The notes beneath the pieces are model-generated. The model was given only the letters and a program-made list of their open reading frames with translations. It searched no databases and was not told the DNA's origin. From the NCBI GenBank assembly GCA_977020255.1, contig CDROCS010001350.1, forward strand, positions 1 to 64,000: a stretch of 64,000 bases of DNA, given 5' to 3'. This DNA comes from Obrimoposthia wandeli (Eukaryota). The position numbers and the translations under genes are program-made. Positions 9,363 through 19,739 of the stretch are shown here, one piece after another (positions within the stretch are counted from its first letter, which is position 1; every line of letters starts with the position of its first letter).

Positions 9363-9602
9363 TTATAAACGACACATCACTTTATAAATAACGTTGCTTA
9401 CATCAAGCTTGATATGTAGAGATGCGTCTTGGGCATATACTTCAATATTTTTGAACAACTCGCCAATCATCGTAATGCCGCCGCATTGAATTGTGAGGAC
9501 TATGTTTGCCGTGATGATATCGATCACGGCTTGTTCGTCAGAGCTAGAATTAAGAGAATCGACCTCTTGTCGTTGGCCTTTATTTTTAAATGGATGAAAT
9601 AT
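9363..9602 (-). CDS. Small hypothetical ORF downstream of the YbaK-family gene (start uncertain: ATA 9602 or GTG 9527)
   Basis: Frame is stop-free from 9611 to 9363: IFHPFKNKGQRQEVDSLNSSSDEQAVIDIITANIVLTIQCGGITMIGELFKNIEVYAQDASLHIKLDVSNVIYKVMCRL*. Confidence 0.45.
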   Translation of the reverse strand: MFHPFKNKGQRQEVDSLNSSSDEQAVIDIITANIVLTIQCGGITMIGELFKNIEVYAQDASLHIKLDVSNVIYKVMCRL

Positions 9603-9603
9603 T

Positions 9604-10122
9604 TTAATGCCTTAACTTACCTTGTCTTGTGTGTTCATGGTGATAGCCACTGCCTGCTTTATTAAAGCCACAACTGATAATTGTTGGGTTAATAAGATCC
9701 ACTAAATCGACAGTTTTCATCCGAATAGTCTCACTGTGGTCACCCGCATTAAAACTGATATCCTTCTGTTTTAGCAAGGCGTCGGATATAAACACCGGCA
9801 TGTTAAATAAATGACCAAAGGGTGGCATTGCGCCTGTCTCACAGTCGGGAAACATACCACTAAATTGATGTTCATAAGCTAAGTTGACATAACGAGCGCC
9901 AATTGAAAAAGCGATATTATCGAAATCAATGGTATAAGGTGCAGGCATGACAATCATAACAAGCCGCGTGTCTGCAGTGATAATGACAGTTTTAGCAAAA
10001 CACATACCGCTGGTTTTACTTAATTCAGCAACGTGCTGTGCAGTATACCCGGGTGGGTGGTGGTCGCTTTGGTAGGTTATATAAGCCTGATCTAAATAGT
10101 GGGTGATTTTTTGCATTAGCAT
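9604..10122 (-). CDS. YbaK/EbsC/ProX-family aminoacyl-tRNA deacylase
   Basis: TAQHVA, FAKTVII, CETGAMPPFG and FNAGDHSETI motifs. Confidence 0.88.
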   Translation of the reverse strand: MLMQKITHYLDQAYITYQSDHHPPGYTAQHVAELSKTSGMCFAKTVIITADTRLVMIVMPAPYTIDFDNIAFSIGARYVNLAYEHQFSGMFPDCETGAMPPFGHLFNMPVFISDALLKQKDISFNAGDHSETIRMKTVDLVDLINPTIISCGFNKAGSGYHHEHTRQGKLRH

Positions 10123-10254
10123 AATCCATCTCCCGTATTGGCTAAAATCACCAATATATTTAATAGGGGGTGCTTAGGAGCTTTAATTATAGTTGCTAAT
10201 GAGATTAACGCGGCCTTTAAGGGGTTATTCTCGATAGGTTTAAAAATAGTGAAT

Positions 10255-10288
10255 AAAAAAGGGTGAAATGCATACACATTTCACCCTT
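10255..10288 (-). terminator. Terminator of ygiQ
   Basis: AAGGGTGAAATG...CATTTCACCCTT with a minus-strand T-run. Confidence 0.85.
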
Positions 10289-10326
10289 AACCGTTTATAT
10301 ATCGGTATTACATTATTTAGTCATGT

Positions 10327-12768
10327 TTAGCGTTTGTTACTACGCTTAGCTTGTTGGCCTTGACCACTATTATTTGCTGACTTGTTTGCGGCGCCTGGTC
10401 GACTTGCTGATGGTTTTTTAAAACCGCCACCCTTAGTGCTGCCATTGGCATTTTTATTCGCACCCGTGTTGTTAGCAGAACTTCCACCCACAGCAGGTTT
10501 CTTACGGTTTGGTTTATTACCCGCTTTATTACCGTTTTCGTTAATACCGACACCTTCTTGTGGTGCAAGACCGGTATGTTTCGTTAACGCTTTAGTAAAT
10601 TGCTTAGTGCCTGGTTCAGAGCGTTGCTGCTTAGCGCCTTTATTACTGGTGTTTGGCTTATTCTTACTATTAGCACCACCTTTACCAAGATGCGGTTTCG
10701 CATTACTTAGTTGTGCTTGTTTTTCTGCCAAGCTTTCTGGCGGCACAAGATGACGTGGGCTACGACCAATCAAGTTACGATTACCCGTTTTAAGCAGGTA
10801 TTCGCGAATGATTGGCCAGTTAGCTGGATCATGATAGCGTAATAGTGCTTTATGCAGGCGACGTTGACGCGCACCTTTTGGTACGACAACTTTTTCATCT
10901 GTCTCACGTACTTTATGCAATGAATTTAGCTCTGTGTGATACACGGCTGTTGCATTAGCAAGTGGTGATGGATAAAAATTCTGTACTTGGTCAAGCTTAA
11001 ATTTATTTTGTTTTAGCCACAATGCTAACGTCAGCATGTCTGCATCATTGGTACCCGGATGCGCAGAGATAAAGTAAGGGATAAGATATTGTTTCTTGCC
11101 TGCTTCAGCAGAGAAACGATCAAACATCTCTTTAAACTTATCGTAGGTGCTCATGCCTGGCTTCATCATGATGTCAAGTGGTGATTTTTCAGTATGCTCT
11201 GGCGCAATCTTCAAATAACCACCGACGTGATGCTCTACTAGCTCTTTGACATAACGCGGATCTTCAATCGCTAAATCATAACGTACACCTGATGCAATTA
11301 AGATTTTCTTAATGCCTGGTACTTTACGTGCACGGCGATATAGGTCAATTGTTGGCGTATGGTCGGTATCCATGTGTGCACAAATCGACGGGAAAATACA
11401 AGACAGGCGGCGACAAGTCGCTTCTGCTTTAGCACTCATACAGCCTAATTTGTACATGTTTGCCGTTGGGCCACCAAGATCGGAAATGACACCTGTAAAT
11501 CCAGGTACTTTATCGCGAATTGCTTCCATTTCTTTAACGATAGAATCTTGAGAGCGGCTTTGGATCACGCGACCTTCATGCTCGGTAATTGAGCAGAAAG
11601 AACAACCTCCAAAACAACCACGCATAATGTTGATCGATGTTTTGATCATGTCATAAGCTGGGATTTTTTGGTCGCCATAACTTGGGTGTGGAACTCGTGC
11701 ATATTCTAAGTCGAATACGCCATCCATTTCACCTTCAGCAAGTGGTGATGCTGGTGGGTTTAACCATACTTCGCGTGCGCCGTGTTTTTGAATCAGTGCA
11801 CGTGATGAAATAGGGTTGGTTTCTTGATGGAATACACGTGAAGTATGCGCGTATAACATTTTATCTTTTTTCACTGTTTCCATATCTGGAAGACGAATAT
11901 AAGTTTCGTGCCACGGCATTTGCTTAGGCGCTTGCATCACGATTGGTTTTGCTACATCTGCATCCGAGTTATCGATGACGTCGTCAGTACCTTGTGTTGC
12001 ACAAGTTTCGTCAATTTCAGTGTATGGACTGATGATTGGTTCAATTTTCCCCGGCGTGTCCAATGTACGTGAATCAATACCTTTCCAAGTAGGTAGTGGC
12101 TCTTTTAGCATTACGCCTGTACCACGTACATCTTGAATTTCTTTAATTGATTCGCCGTTAGCAAGACGATGTGCCACTTGAATAAGTGGACGTTCAGCAT
12201 TACCGTAAATAAGCATGTCAGCTTTTGAATCGGGTAATACAGAACCACGTACTTTATCAGACCAATAATCATAATGGGCAATACGGCGTAAACTTGCTTC
12301 AATACCACCAATCACAACAGGCACTTCTTTAAATGCTTGCTTACAACGTTGTGTATACACTAATACGGCGCGGTCGGGACGTTTACCACCAATGTCGCCT
12401 GGTGTATAAGCATCATCATGACGTAATTTAAGATCTGATGTATAACGGTTAATCATCGAATCCATGTTACCTGAGGTAACACCAAAAAATAGATTTGGAC
12501 GACCTAACTCTTTAAAGGGTTCTACACTTTCCCAATCAGGTTGAGAAATGATACCAACGCGGAAACCTTGTGCTTCTAAGGTTCTGCCAATAATAGCCAT
12601 ACCAAAACTTGGATGATCGACATACGCGTCACCTGTAACCACAATAACGTCACAGCTATCCCAACCGAGTTTGTCCATCTCTGCGCGTGTCATTGGCAAA
12701 AATGGTGCGGGTTCTGTCACCCGATTCTGAAATTTTGGATATGAAAAAAGATCTTTGGCAGTTTGCAT
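10327..12768 (-). CDS. ygiQ: YgiQ-family radical SAM protein (ATG start 12768 preferred over the track's TTG)
   Basis: [26 protein letters not shown] (CxxxCxxC), [19 protein letters not shown]; long N/K/G-rich C-terminal tail. Confidence 0.93.
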   Translation of the reverse strand: MQTAKDLFSYPKFQNRVTEPAPFLPMTRAEMDKLGWDSCDVIVVTGDAYVDHPSFGMAIIGRTLEAQGFRVGIISQPDWESVEPFKELGRPNLFFGVTSGNMDSMINRYTSDLKLRHDDAYTPGDIGGKRPDRAVLVYTQRCKQAFKEVPVVIGGIEASLRRIAHYDYWSDKVRGSVLPDSKADMLIYGNAERPLIQVAHRLANGESIKEIQDVRGTGVMLKEPLPTWKGIDSRTLDTPGKIEPIISPYTEIDETCATQGTDDVIDNSDADVAKPIVMQAPKQMPWHETYIRLPDMETVKKDKMLYAHTSRVFHQETNPISSRALIQKHGAREVWLNPPASPLAEGEMDGVFDLEYARVPHPSYGDQKIPAYDMIKTSINIMRGCFGGCSFCSITEHEGRVIQSRSQDSIVKEMEAIRDKVPGFTGVISDLGGPTANMYKLGCMSAKAEATCRRLSCIFPSICAHMDTDHTPTIDLYRRARKVPGIKKILIASGVRYDLAIEDPRYVKELVEHHVGGYLKIAPEHTEKSPLDIMMKPGMSTYDKFKEMFDRFSAEAGKKQYLIPYFISAHPGTNDADMLTLALWLKQNKFKLDQVQNFYPSPLANATAVYHTELNSLHKVRETDEKVVVPKGARQRRLHKALLRYHDPANWPIIREYLLKTGNRNLIGRSPRHLVPPESLAEKQAQLSNAKPHLGKGGANSKNKPNTSNKGAKQQRSEPGTKQFTKALTKHTGLAPQEGVGINENGNKAGNKPNRKKPAVGGSSANNTGANKNANGSTKGGGFKKPSASRPGAANKSANNSGQGQQAKRSNKR

Positions 12769-12868
12769 AAAGTACTCTTGGGTATTAATTTTAGTGCGCA
12801 AAGTTAATTGCGAAGGCTATTTTCACGACTGGGATAAATACAACAAAGAGAACGCCAGTCGTTACTGA

Positions 12869-12903
12869 GGGCGGATTATAGCCACTTACCACGTGTTTTG
12901 CGA
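12869..12903 (-). promoter_or_regulatory. Sigma70 promoter of ygiQ with GC-rich discriminator
   Basis: Minus strand reads TATAAT-CCGCCC at 12880-12869; the -35 (TCGCAA at 17 bp) is weak. Confidence 0.5.
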
Positions 12904-12923
12904 TTAAAAGTGGCAATAAATAT

Positions 12924-13580
12924 TTAGCTTGTTTGTAACAAATTGAAAAACTGGTCTAAATTATTCGTTTCGTAATCGGCTTTATAGTCTAAATCGGTCA
13001 CAACTTGTTCTGAACCAGATACCCAGACCGTAGTCATACCAAGGGCTTTCGCAGGTTTAAGGTTACGTAGTTGATCATCAAAGAACACGGTTTTATGGCT
13101 ATTAATACCATGCGTTTCACAAAGCTGTTGATAACTGGCTTTGTGTGGTTTTAGCTCATAATTTGCATCTTCTAATGAAAAGATAGCATCAAAACTGTCG
13201 ATTAAAGCTAATTCATGGAGTATTTTTTTGGCGTAATACTTTGGCGAATTAGTATAAATTATTTTACGCCCAGACAATTGGTTTATCTGCTTGATAATAT
13301 TTGGTTGTACTTTTAATGCGGTCATATCCACATCGTGACAATAATGAATAAAATCATCGCGGCTAATATCGTGATGCTTTACTAAGCCTTTCACTGTGCC
13401 GCCATATTGCTTGTAATAATGATTGGATAACACGGTTGCTTCAGGTAATGGCAGAGAAAGGGCGTTAGCAATAAAATGATGCATCCGCGATTCTACTTGC
13501 TTTAAAATACCTAGCGATGGGCAGTAAAGGGTGTCATCTAGATCGAATAGGTAAGTTTCAGCTTGGTTAATGTTCTGCAT
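12924..13580 (-). CDS. HAD pyrimidine 5'-nucleotidase (SDT1-like)
   Basis: FDLDDTLY, YTNSPK, KPHKASY, FFDDQLRNL...GMTTVWV. Confidence 0.88.
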   Translation of the reverse strand: MQNINQAETYLFDLDDTLYCPSLGILKQVESRMHHFIANALSLPLPEATVLSNHYYKQYGGTVKGLVKHHDISRDDFIHYCHDVDMTALKVQPNIIKQINQLSGRKIIYTNSPKYYAKKILHELALIDSFDAIFSLEDANYELKPHKASYQQLCETHGINSHKTVFFDDQLRNLKPAKALGMTTVWVSGSEQVVTDLDYKADYETNNLDQFFNLLQTS

Positions 13581-13895
13581 ATTACTCTTCTCTATTTATT
13601 AACAATGCATTTGTTGCGTATGAGGATAAATCTAAATGAGCAAGCAAACGTTATAAAGGCTGCATATTAGTGTAAAAGCACCCTAATGCATAGCTTGTTT
13701 ATATCGCCCTGTTAATATAGCTGGTTTATGTAGTCTCCTTGCTCCGTGGTGACACAATATTGTGTTTTGTTTGCTCAAATACCCTCTTTTTTTTGTGGTT
13801 AGAACTCCAACCAGATGAAAAATGGCAAAAAATAGGTGCTTAATTTTTCAGAAACTTTTATCCTGTCTACTGTGTCTCAACATTGTGAAGATAAT

Positions 13896-15101
13896 ATGAT
13901 TATTAAACCAAAAACGCGTGGTTTCATCTGTACCACTACTCATCCTACTGGTTGTGATTTAAATGTTAAAGAACAGATACAGTATAATAAAGAACAAGGC
14001 GCAATTGAAAATGCACCGAAACGTGTTCTTGTAGTTGGCTCATCAAGTGGTTACGGACTTTCGTCGCGTATTACTGCTGCATTCGGTGGTGGTGCTTCAA
14101 CTATTGGTGTATTTTTCGAAAAACCGGCAACAGAAAGAAAACCGGGTACAGCTGGTTGGTATAACAGTGCTGCATTTGAAAAATATGCTGCAGAAGAAGG
14201 TCTATATGCAAAGAGCATTAATGGCGATGCTTTTTCTGATCAAGCAAAACAAACTGCAATTAACCTCATTAAAGAAGACTTAGGTCAAATTGATCTGGTT
14301 GTTTACTCGTTGGCATCGCCAGTACGTAAATTACCAAGCACAGGTGAAGTTGTTCGTTCATGCTTAAAACCAATTGGTGAAACATATACGGCTAAAGCTG
14401 TTGATACCAATAAAAACACTTTATTTGAAGCAAGTGTTGAAGCGGCGACAGAGCAAGAAACTCAAGATACTATCACTGTCATGGGTGGTGAAGATTGGGA
14501 ACTGTGGATGTCTGCACTCGCTGATGCAGGTGTATTAGCCGACGGTTGTAAAACGGTTGCGTATAGCTATATCGGTACTGAAATTACATGGCCTATCTAT
14601 TGGGATGGTTCATTAGGTAAAGCGAAGCAAGATCTTGATCGTGCTGCGCATGCTATTGATGCAGATCTTAAAGCGACTGGCGGTAGTGCTAACGTTGCTG
14701 TGCTTAAAAGTGTTGTAACACAAGCAAGTGCTGCAATTCCAGTGATGCCTCTGTATATCGCCATTGCATTCCGCGTGATGAAAGAACATGGTTTACATGA
14801 AGGTTGCCTAGAGCAGATTTCACGTCTATTCCGTGGTTCGCTTTATCCGCAAGGTGTGAGCAGTGCGATATTAGACGAAAAAAACCGTCTACGTTTAGAT
14901 GACTGGGAACTGCGTGATGACGTTCAAGCTACGTGCGTGAAGTTATGGGGCGAAGTGACAGATGAGAACCTGTTTGAAACAACGGATTATCAGTACTACA
15001 AAGATGAGTTCTTAGCATTATTTGGTTTTGGTATTGAAGGCGTTGATTACGATGCTGACGTTAACCCAATCGTTGATTTCGAGCCAATTACGCTAGTTTA
15101 A
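13896..15101 (+). CDS. fabV: Enoyl-ACP reductase FabV (trans-2-enoyl reductase)
   Basis: [54 protein letters not shown] (ATG 13896 preferred). Confidence 0.95.
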   Translation: MIIKPKTRGFICTTTHPTGCDLNVKEQIQYNKEQGAIENAPKRVLVVGSSSGYGLSSRITAAFGGGASTIGVFFEKPATERKPGTAGWYNSAAFEKYAAEEGLYAKSINGDAFSDQAKQTAINLIKEDLGQIDLVVYSLASPVRKLPSTGEVVRSCLKPIGETYTAKAVDTNKNTLFEASVEAATEQETQDTITVMGGEDWELWMSALADAGVLADGCKTVAYSYIGTEITWPIYWDGSLGKAKQDLDRAAHAIDADLKATGGSANVAVLKSVVTQASAAIPVMPLYIAIAFRVMKEHGLHEGCLEQISRLFRGSLYPQGVSSAILDEKNRLRLDDWELRDDVQATCVKLWGEVTDENLFETTDYQYYKDEFLALFGFGIEGVDYDADVNPIVDFEPITLV

Positions 15102-15103
15102 CT

Positions 15104-15165
15104 TAGCGATAGACTGTCGCTATATATTATAGTGATAGATTATAGCTATAAATTGTAGCGATAAA
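15104..15165. repeat. Degenerate 26-bp tandem repeat of palindromic units
   Basis: TAGYGATAR recurs at 15104, 15130 and 15156; units 1 and 2 match at 20/26 positions; unit 1 contains TAGCGA-N7-TCGCTA. Confidence 0.6.
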
Positions 15166-15182
15166 TCGAACTGGTCTTGTAT

Positions 15183-15234
15183 AAACCGTGCCTGTTATTG
15201 GATTTCTGATCTAATTCAACAGGCGCGGTTTTTT
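15183..15234 (+). terminator. Terminator of fabV
   Basis: AAACCGTGCCTGTT...AACAGGCGCGGTTT followed by a T-run. Confidence 0.75.
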
Positions 15235-15310
15235 AATATTTGCTTCATTGTTTAACTTCACGTATATCTATAGCCTTATCTTCTGCATTCAACAAATATG
15301 AGGAGTGGGC

Positions 15311-16072
15311 ATGGCCTCTCTTAACAATAAAAAACTCGAAAACATCTTAACTGAATTTATGCAACCCCATCGTGTACGTGACTTTACGGTTAACGGCATG
15401 CAAGTTCAGGGCAAGGATACAGTGACAAAAGTGATCACGGGTGTCACAGCCTCTCAAGCATTAATCGATGCTGCTGTCGCACACCAAGCCGATGCCATTT
15501 TAGTCCATCATGGTTATTTCTGGAAAAATGAATCACCAGCCATTACCGGTATTAAATACAATCGAATTAAAACCTTGATTAAAAATGACATTAATTTATA
15601 TGCTTATCATTTGCCGTTAGATATTCATCCGGAATTAGGCAATAACGTCGAGTTAGCTAAATTACTTGGTATTACTGTACGTCGTGGTCTAGAACCATGG
15701 GATAAAGCCAGTGTTGCTTTAGTGGGTAAATTTGAAGACGAGATCTCAACTGCACAACTCACGCAGCGTATTGCAACTCAACTTAGCCGTGCGCCATTGG
15801 TGGTTGATGCGGGTAAACCAATTAAATCTGTAGCTTGGTGTACTGGTGGCGGTCAGAGTTATATTGAACTTGCGATAGAGCAGGGTATTGACGCTTTCAT
15901 TAGTGGTGAAGCATCTGAACAAACAATCCATTTAGCGCGTGAAGCTGGTATGAGTTTCTTTGCTGCGGGTCATCATGCAACAGAGCGCTATGGTGTTAAA
16001 GCATTGGGCGAGTGGCTGGCGGAGGAAAAGGGTCTAGATGTTACCTTTATTGATATCGATAACCCAGTTTAA
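15311..16072 (+). CDS. Nif3-like dinuclear metal center protein (YbgI type)
   Basis: VHHGYFW, AYHLPLD, FISGE, AGHHATE and DIDNPV motifs. Confidence 0.93.
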   Translation: MASLNNKKLENILTEFMQPHRVRDFTVNGMQVQGKDTVTKVITGVTASQALIDAAVAHQADAILVHHGYFWKNESPAITGIKYNRIKTLIKNDINLYAYHLPLDIHPELGNNVELAKLLGITVRRGLEPWDKASVALVGKFEDEISTAQLTQRIATQLSRAPLVVDAGKPIKSVAWCTGGGQSYIELAIEQGIDAFISGEASEQTIHLAREAGMSFFAAGHHATERYGVKALGEWLAEEKGLDVTFIDIDNPV

Positions 16073-16171
16073 TAAATGGGAACATCCGGTTTAAGTAATA
16101 GGGTAATCAGGCTTAATTAATGAATTACTGTGTTCTGAATAAGCCACGGTCGTCGTCCTTACACTAAGAAC

Positions 16172-17113
16172 TCAGGTTGTCATCGTTTTGTTCCGATTAA
16201 TACTCAGTTTCAAGTCGGTTAATATATTGCGAAAGTGACGGGGTGTGGGTTGTTCGCATAGCGCTCTGAAGTCAAAGGCTAACGCTTGAGCCGGACATGC
16301 TTTTTGGCGATAATATTTTGCATAAGATGCTGATAAGTGTGCATGCGCTGAATGTACTGCGTAAGGATCAATGGTTTTTATCTTGTTCTCATAACGTTTT
16401 ATTATTTTTTCCATTGCCTTCAATTGCTTCATTTGATCACCGATACCACAATTTTTGCATTTACTCGCTGTTAATGGTTTTTTAATACAACCAATAGCAG
16501 TGTGTAAAGCAATTTTTAACCACAGATCCCAATCTGATACTAATTTTATATTATGGTCAAAACCATCGAGTGCTAAATATAAATCTCGCCTCACGAGTAC
16601 GGTCGATGTACCGATTATATTTTCTGAGAAAATCGCAGCGGCACCTTTGGGAATAACAAATGCATCTTGGCTGTGTTTAAGTGTTTGTTGTTTGAAATAA
16701 TCACAGTTGGTAAAGCTGTCATTAGTCACTTCATTTTTGTCATTCATCAATTCACAATTGGTAAAGCTAATGCCCACTTGTGGATTTTCTTCCATGAATG
16801 TTATTTGTTGTTTTAACTTGTGTTGATACCAAAATGTGTCTGCATCTAGAAAGGCAATATAGGTACCACTAGCAAGTCGTGCTGCATGATTTCGCGCTGT
16901 AGAGCTACCTTCAGAATCTAATTTCAATGCAATTATATTATTGTGTTTTCGACAGAGTTGACAGATCCATTCCCAGCTTTTATCCGTTGAGCCATCATCA
17001 ACAATAACTATTTCAATTTTATTCATACTTTGCTGCCAAACACTTTCAATTGCACGAGGTAGGGTGGTAAGGCAGTTTTTACTTGGAATAATGACACTCA
17101 CGATTGGTTTCAT
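16172..17113 (-). CDS. Glycosyltransferase family 2
   Basis: VSVIIP, IVDDGSTD, ARN, FLDAD, DWDLWLK motifs; divergent from EPS locus A. Confidence 0.92.
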   Translation of the reverse strand: MKPIVSVIIPSKNCLTTLPRAIESVWQQSMNKIEIVIVDDGSTDKSWEWICQLCRKHNNIIALKLDSEGSSTARNHAARLASGTYIAFLDADTFWYQHKLKQQITFMEENPQVGISFTNCELMNDKNEVTNDSFTNCDYFKQQTLKHSQDAFVIPKGAAAIFSENIIGTSTVLVRRDLYLALDGFDHNIKLVSDWDLWLKIALHTAIGCIKKPLTASKCKNCGIGDQMKQLKAMEKIIKRYENKIKTIDPYAVHSAHAHLSASYAKYYRQKACPAQALAFDFRALCEQPTPRHFRNILTDLKLSINRNKTMTT

Positions 17114-17190
17114 CTTCGTCCCCAATTATCTATAAAGGACACTTTTAAAATAACAGATCCTTTGCATTAGTGAGCTTAGTAGATTTAATT

Positions 17191-17208
17191 AACATCGGCG
17201 ACGATGTT
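17191..17208. promoter_or_regulatory. Palindrome in the divergent EPS promoter region
   Basis: AACATCG-gcga-CGATGTT. Confidence 0.35.
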
Positions 17209-17319
17209 TTAATTTTTTGTCCACTTTGGTGGCTAATTATTTTTAAATCTTATTTAACCCATTGTTTTTATATAGTCTATTCTTGGTAGATATTAACCAA
17301 TTGCAGGGAGTGTAATTAT

Positions 17320-18024
17320 ATGGATATGCTTGGTTCATTAAAGTTGTGGTTAAAACATGACGACAGCAAGTTAGCTAAAACCTGTCACCGTTATATCCGT
17401 GGGATTATGCACTTTTCTATTCCGGTTATCCCTGTTTTACATCCTTTCATCTTAAGAGTTCATCTCTTTACATCCCAGCTCTTCGCTAATTTTTTAAGAA
17501 TTACTTATTGGACCCCCTTATTTAAAAGTCGACTGCTGACGAAACCACATCAATTGTATTTGTATTCGGGGATGCCGTTGGTACTCGGTCATTTAACCAT
17601 TGAGTTAGGTGATCATTGTCGGGTTTCGGGTATATCAACATTAAGTGGTCGTAGTATGAATGGTAAGCCATCACGCTTAATTATTGGTAATAATGTCGAT
17701 ATTAATTGGCAAAATAATATTGCAGTGGGGGGCAATATCATCATCGAAGATAATGTAAGGCTGGCCGGACGGGTGTTTCTTGCTGGTTACCCTGGTCACC
17801 CTATTGATGCGCAAGAACGTGCAGAAGGATTAGCGGAACATGAATCTCAAGTGGGTGACATTATACTCAAACGTGATGTGTGGCTGGCCACGGGGGTAAG
17901 TGTGATGGCTGGCGTGACTATCGGTGAGGGCACAATCGTTGCCGCTGGGAGTATAGTTACTCATGATTTACCTGCGGGTGTACTTGCTGGTGGTATTCCA
18001 GCTAAGGTAATAAAATCATTATGA
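17320..18024 (+). CDS. Hexapeptide-repeat O-acetyltransferase (SypM-like)
   Basis: Left-handed beta-helix repeats, GHP, GVTIGEGTIVAAGSIVTHDLP...GIPAKVI. Confidence 0.9.
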   Translation: MDMLGSLKLWLKHDDSKLAKTCHRYIRGIMHFSIPVIPVLHPFILRVHLFTSQLFANFLRITYWTPLFKSRLLTKPHQLYLYSGMPLVLGHLTIELGDHCRVSGISTLSGRSMNGKPSRLIIGNNVDINWQNNIAVGGNIIIEDNVRLAGRVFLAGYPGHPIDAQERAEGLAEHESQVGDIILKRDVWLATGVSVMAGVTIGEGTIVAAGSIVTHDLPAGVLAGGIPAKVIKSL

Positions 18025-19205
18025 AAAATTGGCAATGGATAGTATTTGGTGAAGATTGGGGACGTCACCCAAGTAGTACCCAGCATTTGATGAAATGTAT
18101 GGCAACACAACATCAAGTGTTTTGGGTTAACTCAATTGGGTTGAGACGACCAAGGCTGAATGATGGAAAACGTATCATCGAGAAGTTTAAGCAGCTAAAT
18201 CGCGCCACACGAAATGATTTTAATCAGGGCGAGACGCCACATCTAACAGACGTGCAGCCTTTGGGCATTCTTGCTCCGGTAGCAATCCCTTGGCCTGGTA
18301 GCCAAATTGCTTATGTGATTAATCGCTTGTTACTGACTTACCAAACACGCGCTTTACTTGCTAAGCATAATGCCAATGCCAAGAACCCAAGGATATTGTG
18401 GCTGTCATTGCCAACGGGTCGTTGTGTTATTGGTTCATTAGAAGAAGATATAGTGGTTTATTATGCAGGCGATGATTTTAGTGCATTAAACGGTGTTGAT
18501 CATAAACAAGTGAGTATTGAAGAAAGTGAACTCGTTAAACACGCCGATATTATCTTTGCGGCGAGTGACATTATTGCGCGTCAATTCCCACAGGATAAGA
18601 CCTATTTACTCCCTCATGGCGTCGATTTAAAGCACTTCTCTTCAGATTGTAAGCGCCCGGATAATTACCCAAAATCGGATTTGGTGGTTGGTTATTATGG
18701 CAGTATCACCAGTTGGTTAGATTTCGAATTAATCACGTTTCTTGCCCAGTCGAGACCTGATGTAACGTTTTTATTTATCGGTAAAATTGAAATTGCTGAT
18801 TGTCCTATTTTTGAATATGACAATATTATCCATTTGGCAGATATGCCCCACGAGCTGCTGATTCAATATGCGGCTAACTGGCAAGTATCCCTTATTCCAT
18901 TTGTTGATAATGAACAAATACGTGCATGTAATCCATTAAAATTGAGAGAGTACCTTGCTATTGGACATCCCATTTTAAGTACCCGATATCCTGCCGTGAT
19001 CCCCTTTGCTGATTGTATCTATGTTGCTGATGATAAATATCAAATGTTAGCACAATTAGAGCTAGCACTGGTGTTGCCAAGTAAGGTGTTAAAACAACTT
19101 AAAGGTCGCTCTCGGGAAATGGTAGAAACGGCAACTTGGCAAGCCCGTTGTGATCTCGTTACGATGTTACTATCAGAAACGCTCGCAATGACAAAGGGTC
19201 AGTAA
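18021..19205 (+). CDS. GT-B glycosyltransferase (SypN/TuaH-like)
   Basis: FGEDWGRHPSSTQHL, WVNSIGLR, NPLKLREYLA. Confidence 0.88.
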   Translation: MKNWQWIVFGEDWGRHPSSTQHLMKCMATQHQVFWVNSIGLRRPRLNDGKRIIEKFKQLNRATRNDFNQGETPHLTDVQPLGILAPVAIPWPGSQIAYVINRLLLTYQTRALLAKHNANAKNPRILWLSLPTGRCVIGSLEEDIVVYYAGDDFSALNGVDHKQVSIEESELVKHADIIFAASDIIARQFPQDKTYLLPHGVDLKHFSSDCKRPDNYPKSDLVVGYYGSITSWLDFELITFLAQSRPDVTFLFIGKIEIADCPIFEYDNIIHLADMPHELLIQYAANWQVSLIPFVDNEQIRACNPLKLREYLAIGHPILSTRYPAVIPFADCIYVADDKYQMLAQLELALVLPSKVLKQLKGRSREMVETATWQARCDLVTMLLSETLAMTKGQ

Positions 19206-19254
19206 TATCAACAATCCGTATGTAGAATTAAAAGAATCGTATAGGGAGAATATT

Positions 19255-19737
19255 ATGAACGGATTTATGCATTATAAACGTACCCGAGTTCAACTGTTGT
19301 TTATGCCATTGTTGTTGCTGTACGGCTGCGCAACTGCTCCCACTGACATGTCGATGCAAATGTCAGGGATGACAGCAGTCACGCCGTCGAATAACGTAAT
19401 TGTTGAACCTAGAAAATTAAACTTTTCGTTTGAATATAAACAGGTTGAACTGACGAAGAGTCAACGAAACCGTTTGCTTTATCTCTATGACTGGCAGCAT
19501 GGTACCGTGATTAGCTATGGTAAAGCGAAAGCCGAAAATGATTACACTGCATTATCTATTGGCCATAAACGCGTGCAATCCATCGTGCAGGCACTAACAA
19601 AAAACCAACAAGTCATTCAGATTAATTTTGATCCATCATTGCCCCTTGATTCCGTATTGGTTGAAGAGAAATTATCTAAAAATAAACCGTTAACGACAAA
19701 CAACGTTCTCGACCTGCTCGATAGTGCTCGGTTGTAA
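19255..19737 (+). CDS. Putative lipoprotein with a degenerate OmpA-like domain
   Basis: Lipobox LYGC; FSFEYKQVELT and ALSIGHKRVQSIV resemble OmpA C-terminal motifs. Confidence 0.55.
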   Translation: MNGFMHYKRTRVQLLFMPLLLLYGCATAPTDMSMQMSGMTAVTPSNNVIVEPRKLNFSFEYKQVELTKSQRNRLLYLYDWQHGTVISYGKAKAENDYTALSIGHKRVQSIVQALTKNQQVIQINFDPSLPLDSVLVEEKLSKNKPLTTNNVLDLLDSARL

Positions 19738-19739
19738 AT

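Noticed and set aside
9429-9665. 78-aa + strand ORF in the track
   Set aside because: TTG start with no RBS; overlaps the YbaK-family gene antisense; the opposite-strand frame is a better candidate
14679-14690. ops-like GGCGGTAG sequence
   Set aside because: Inside the fabV coding region and not upstream of any polysaccharide operon
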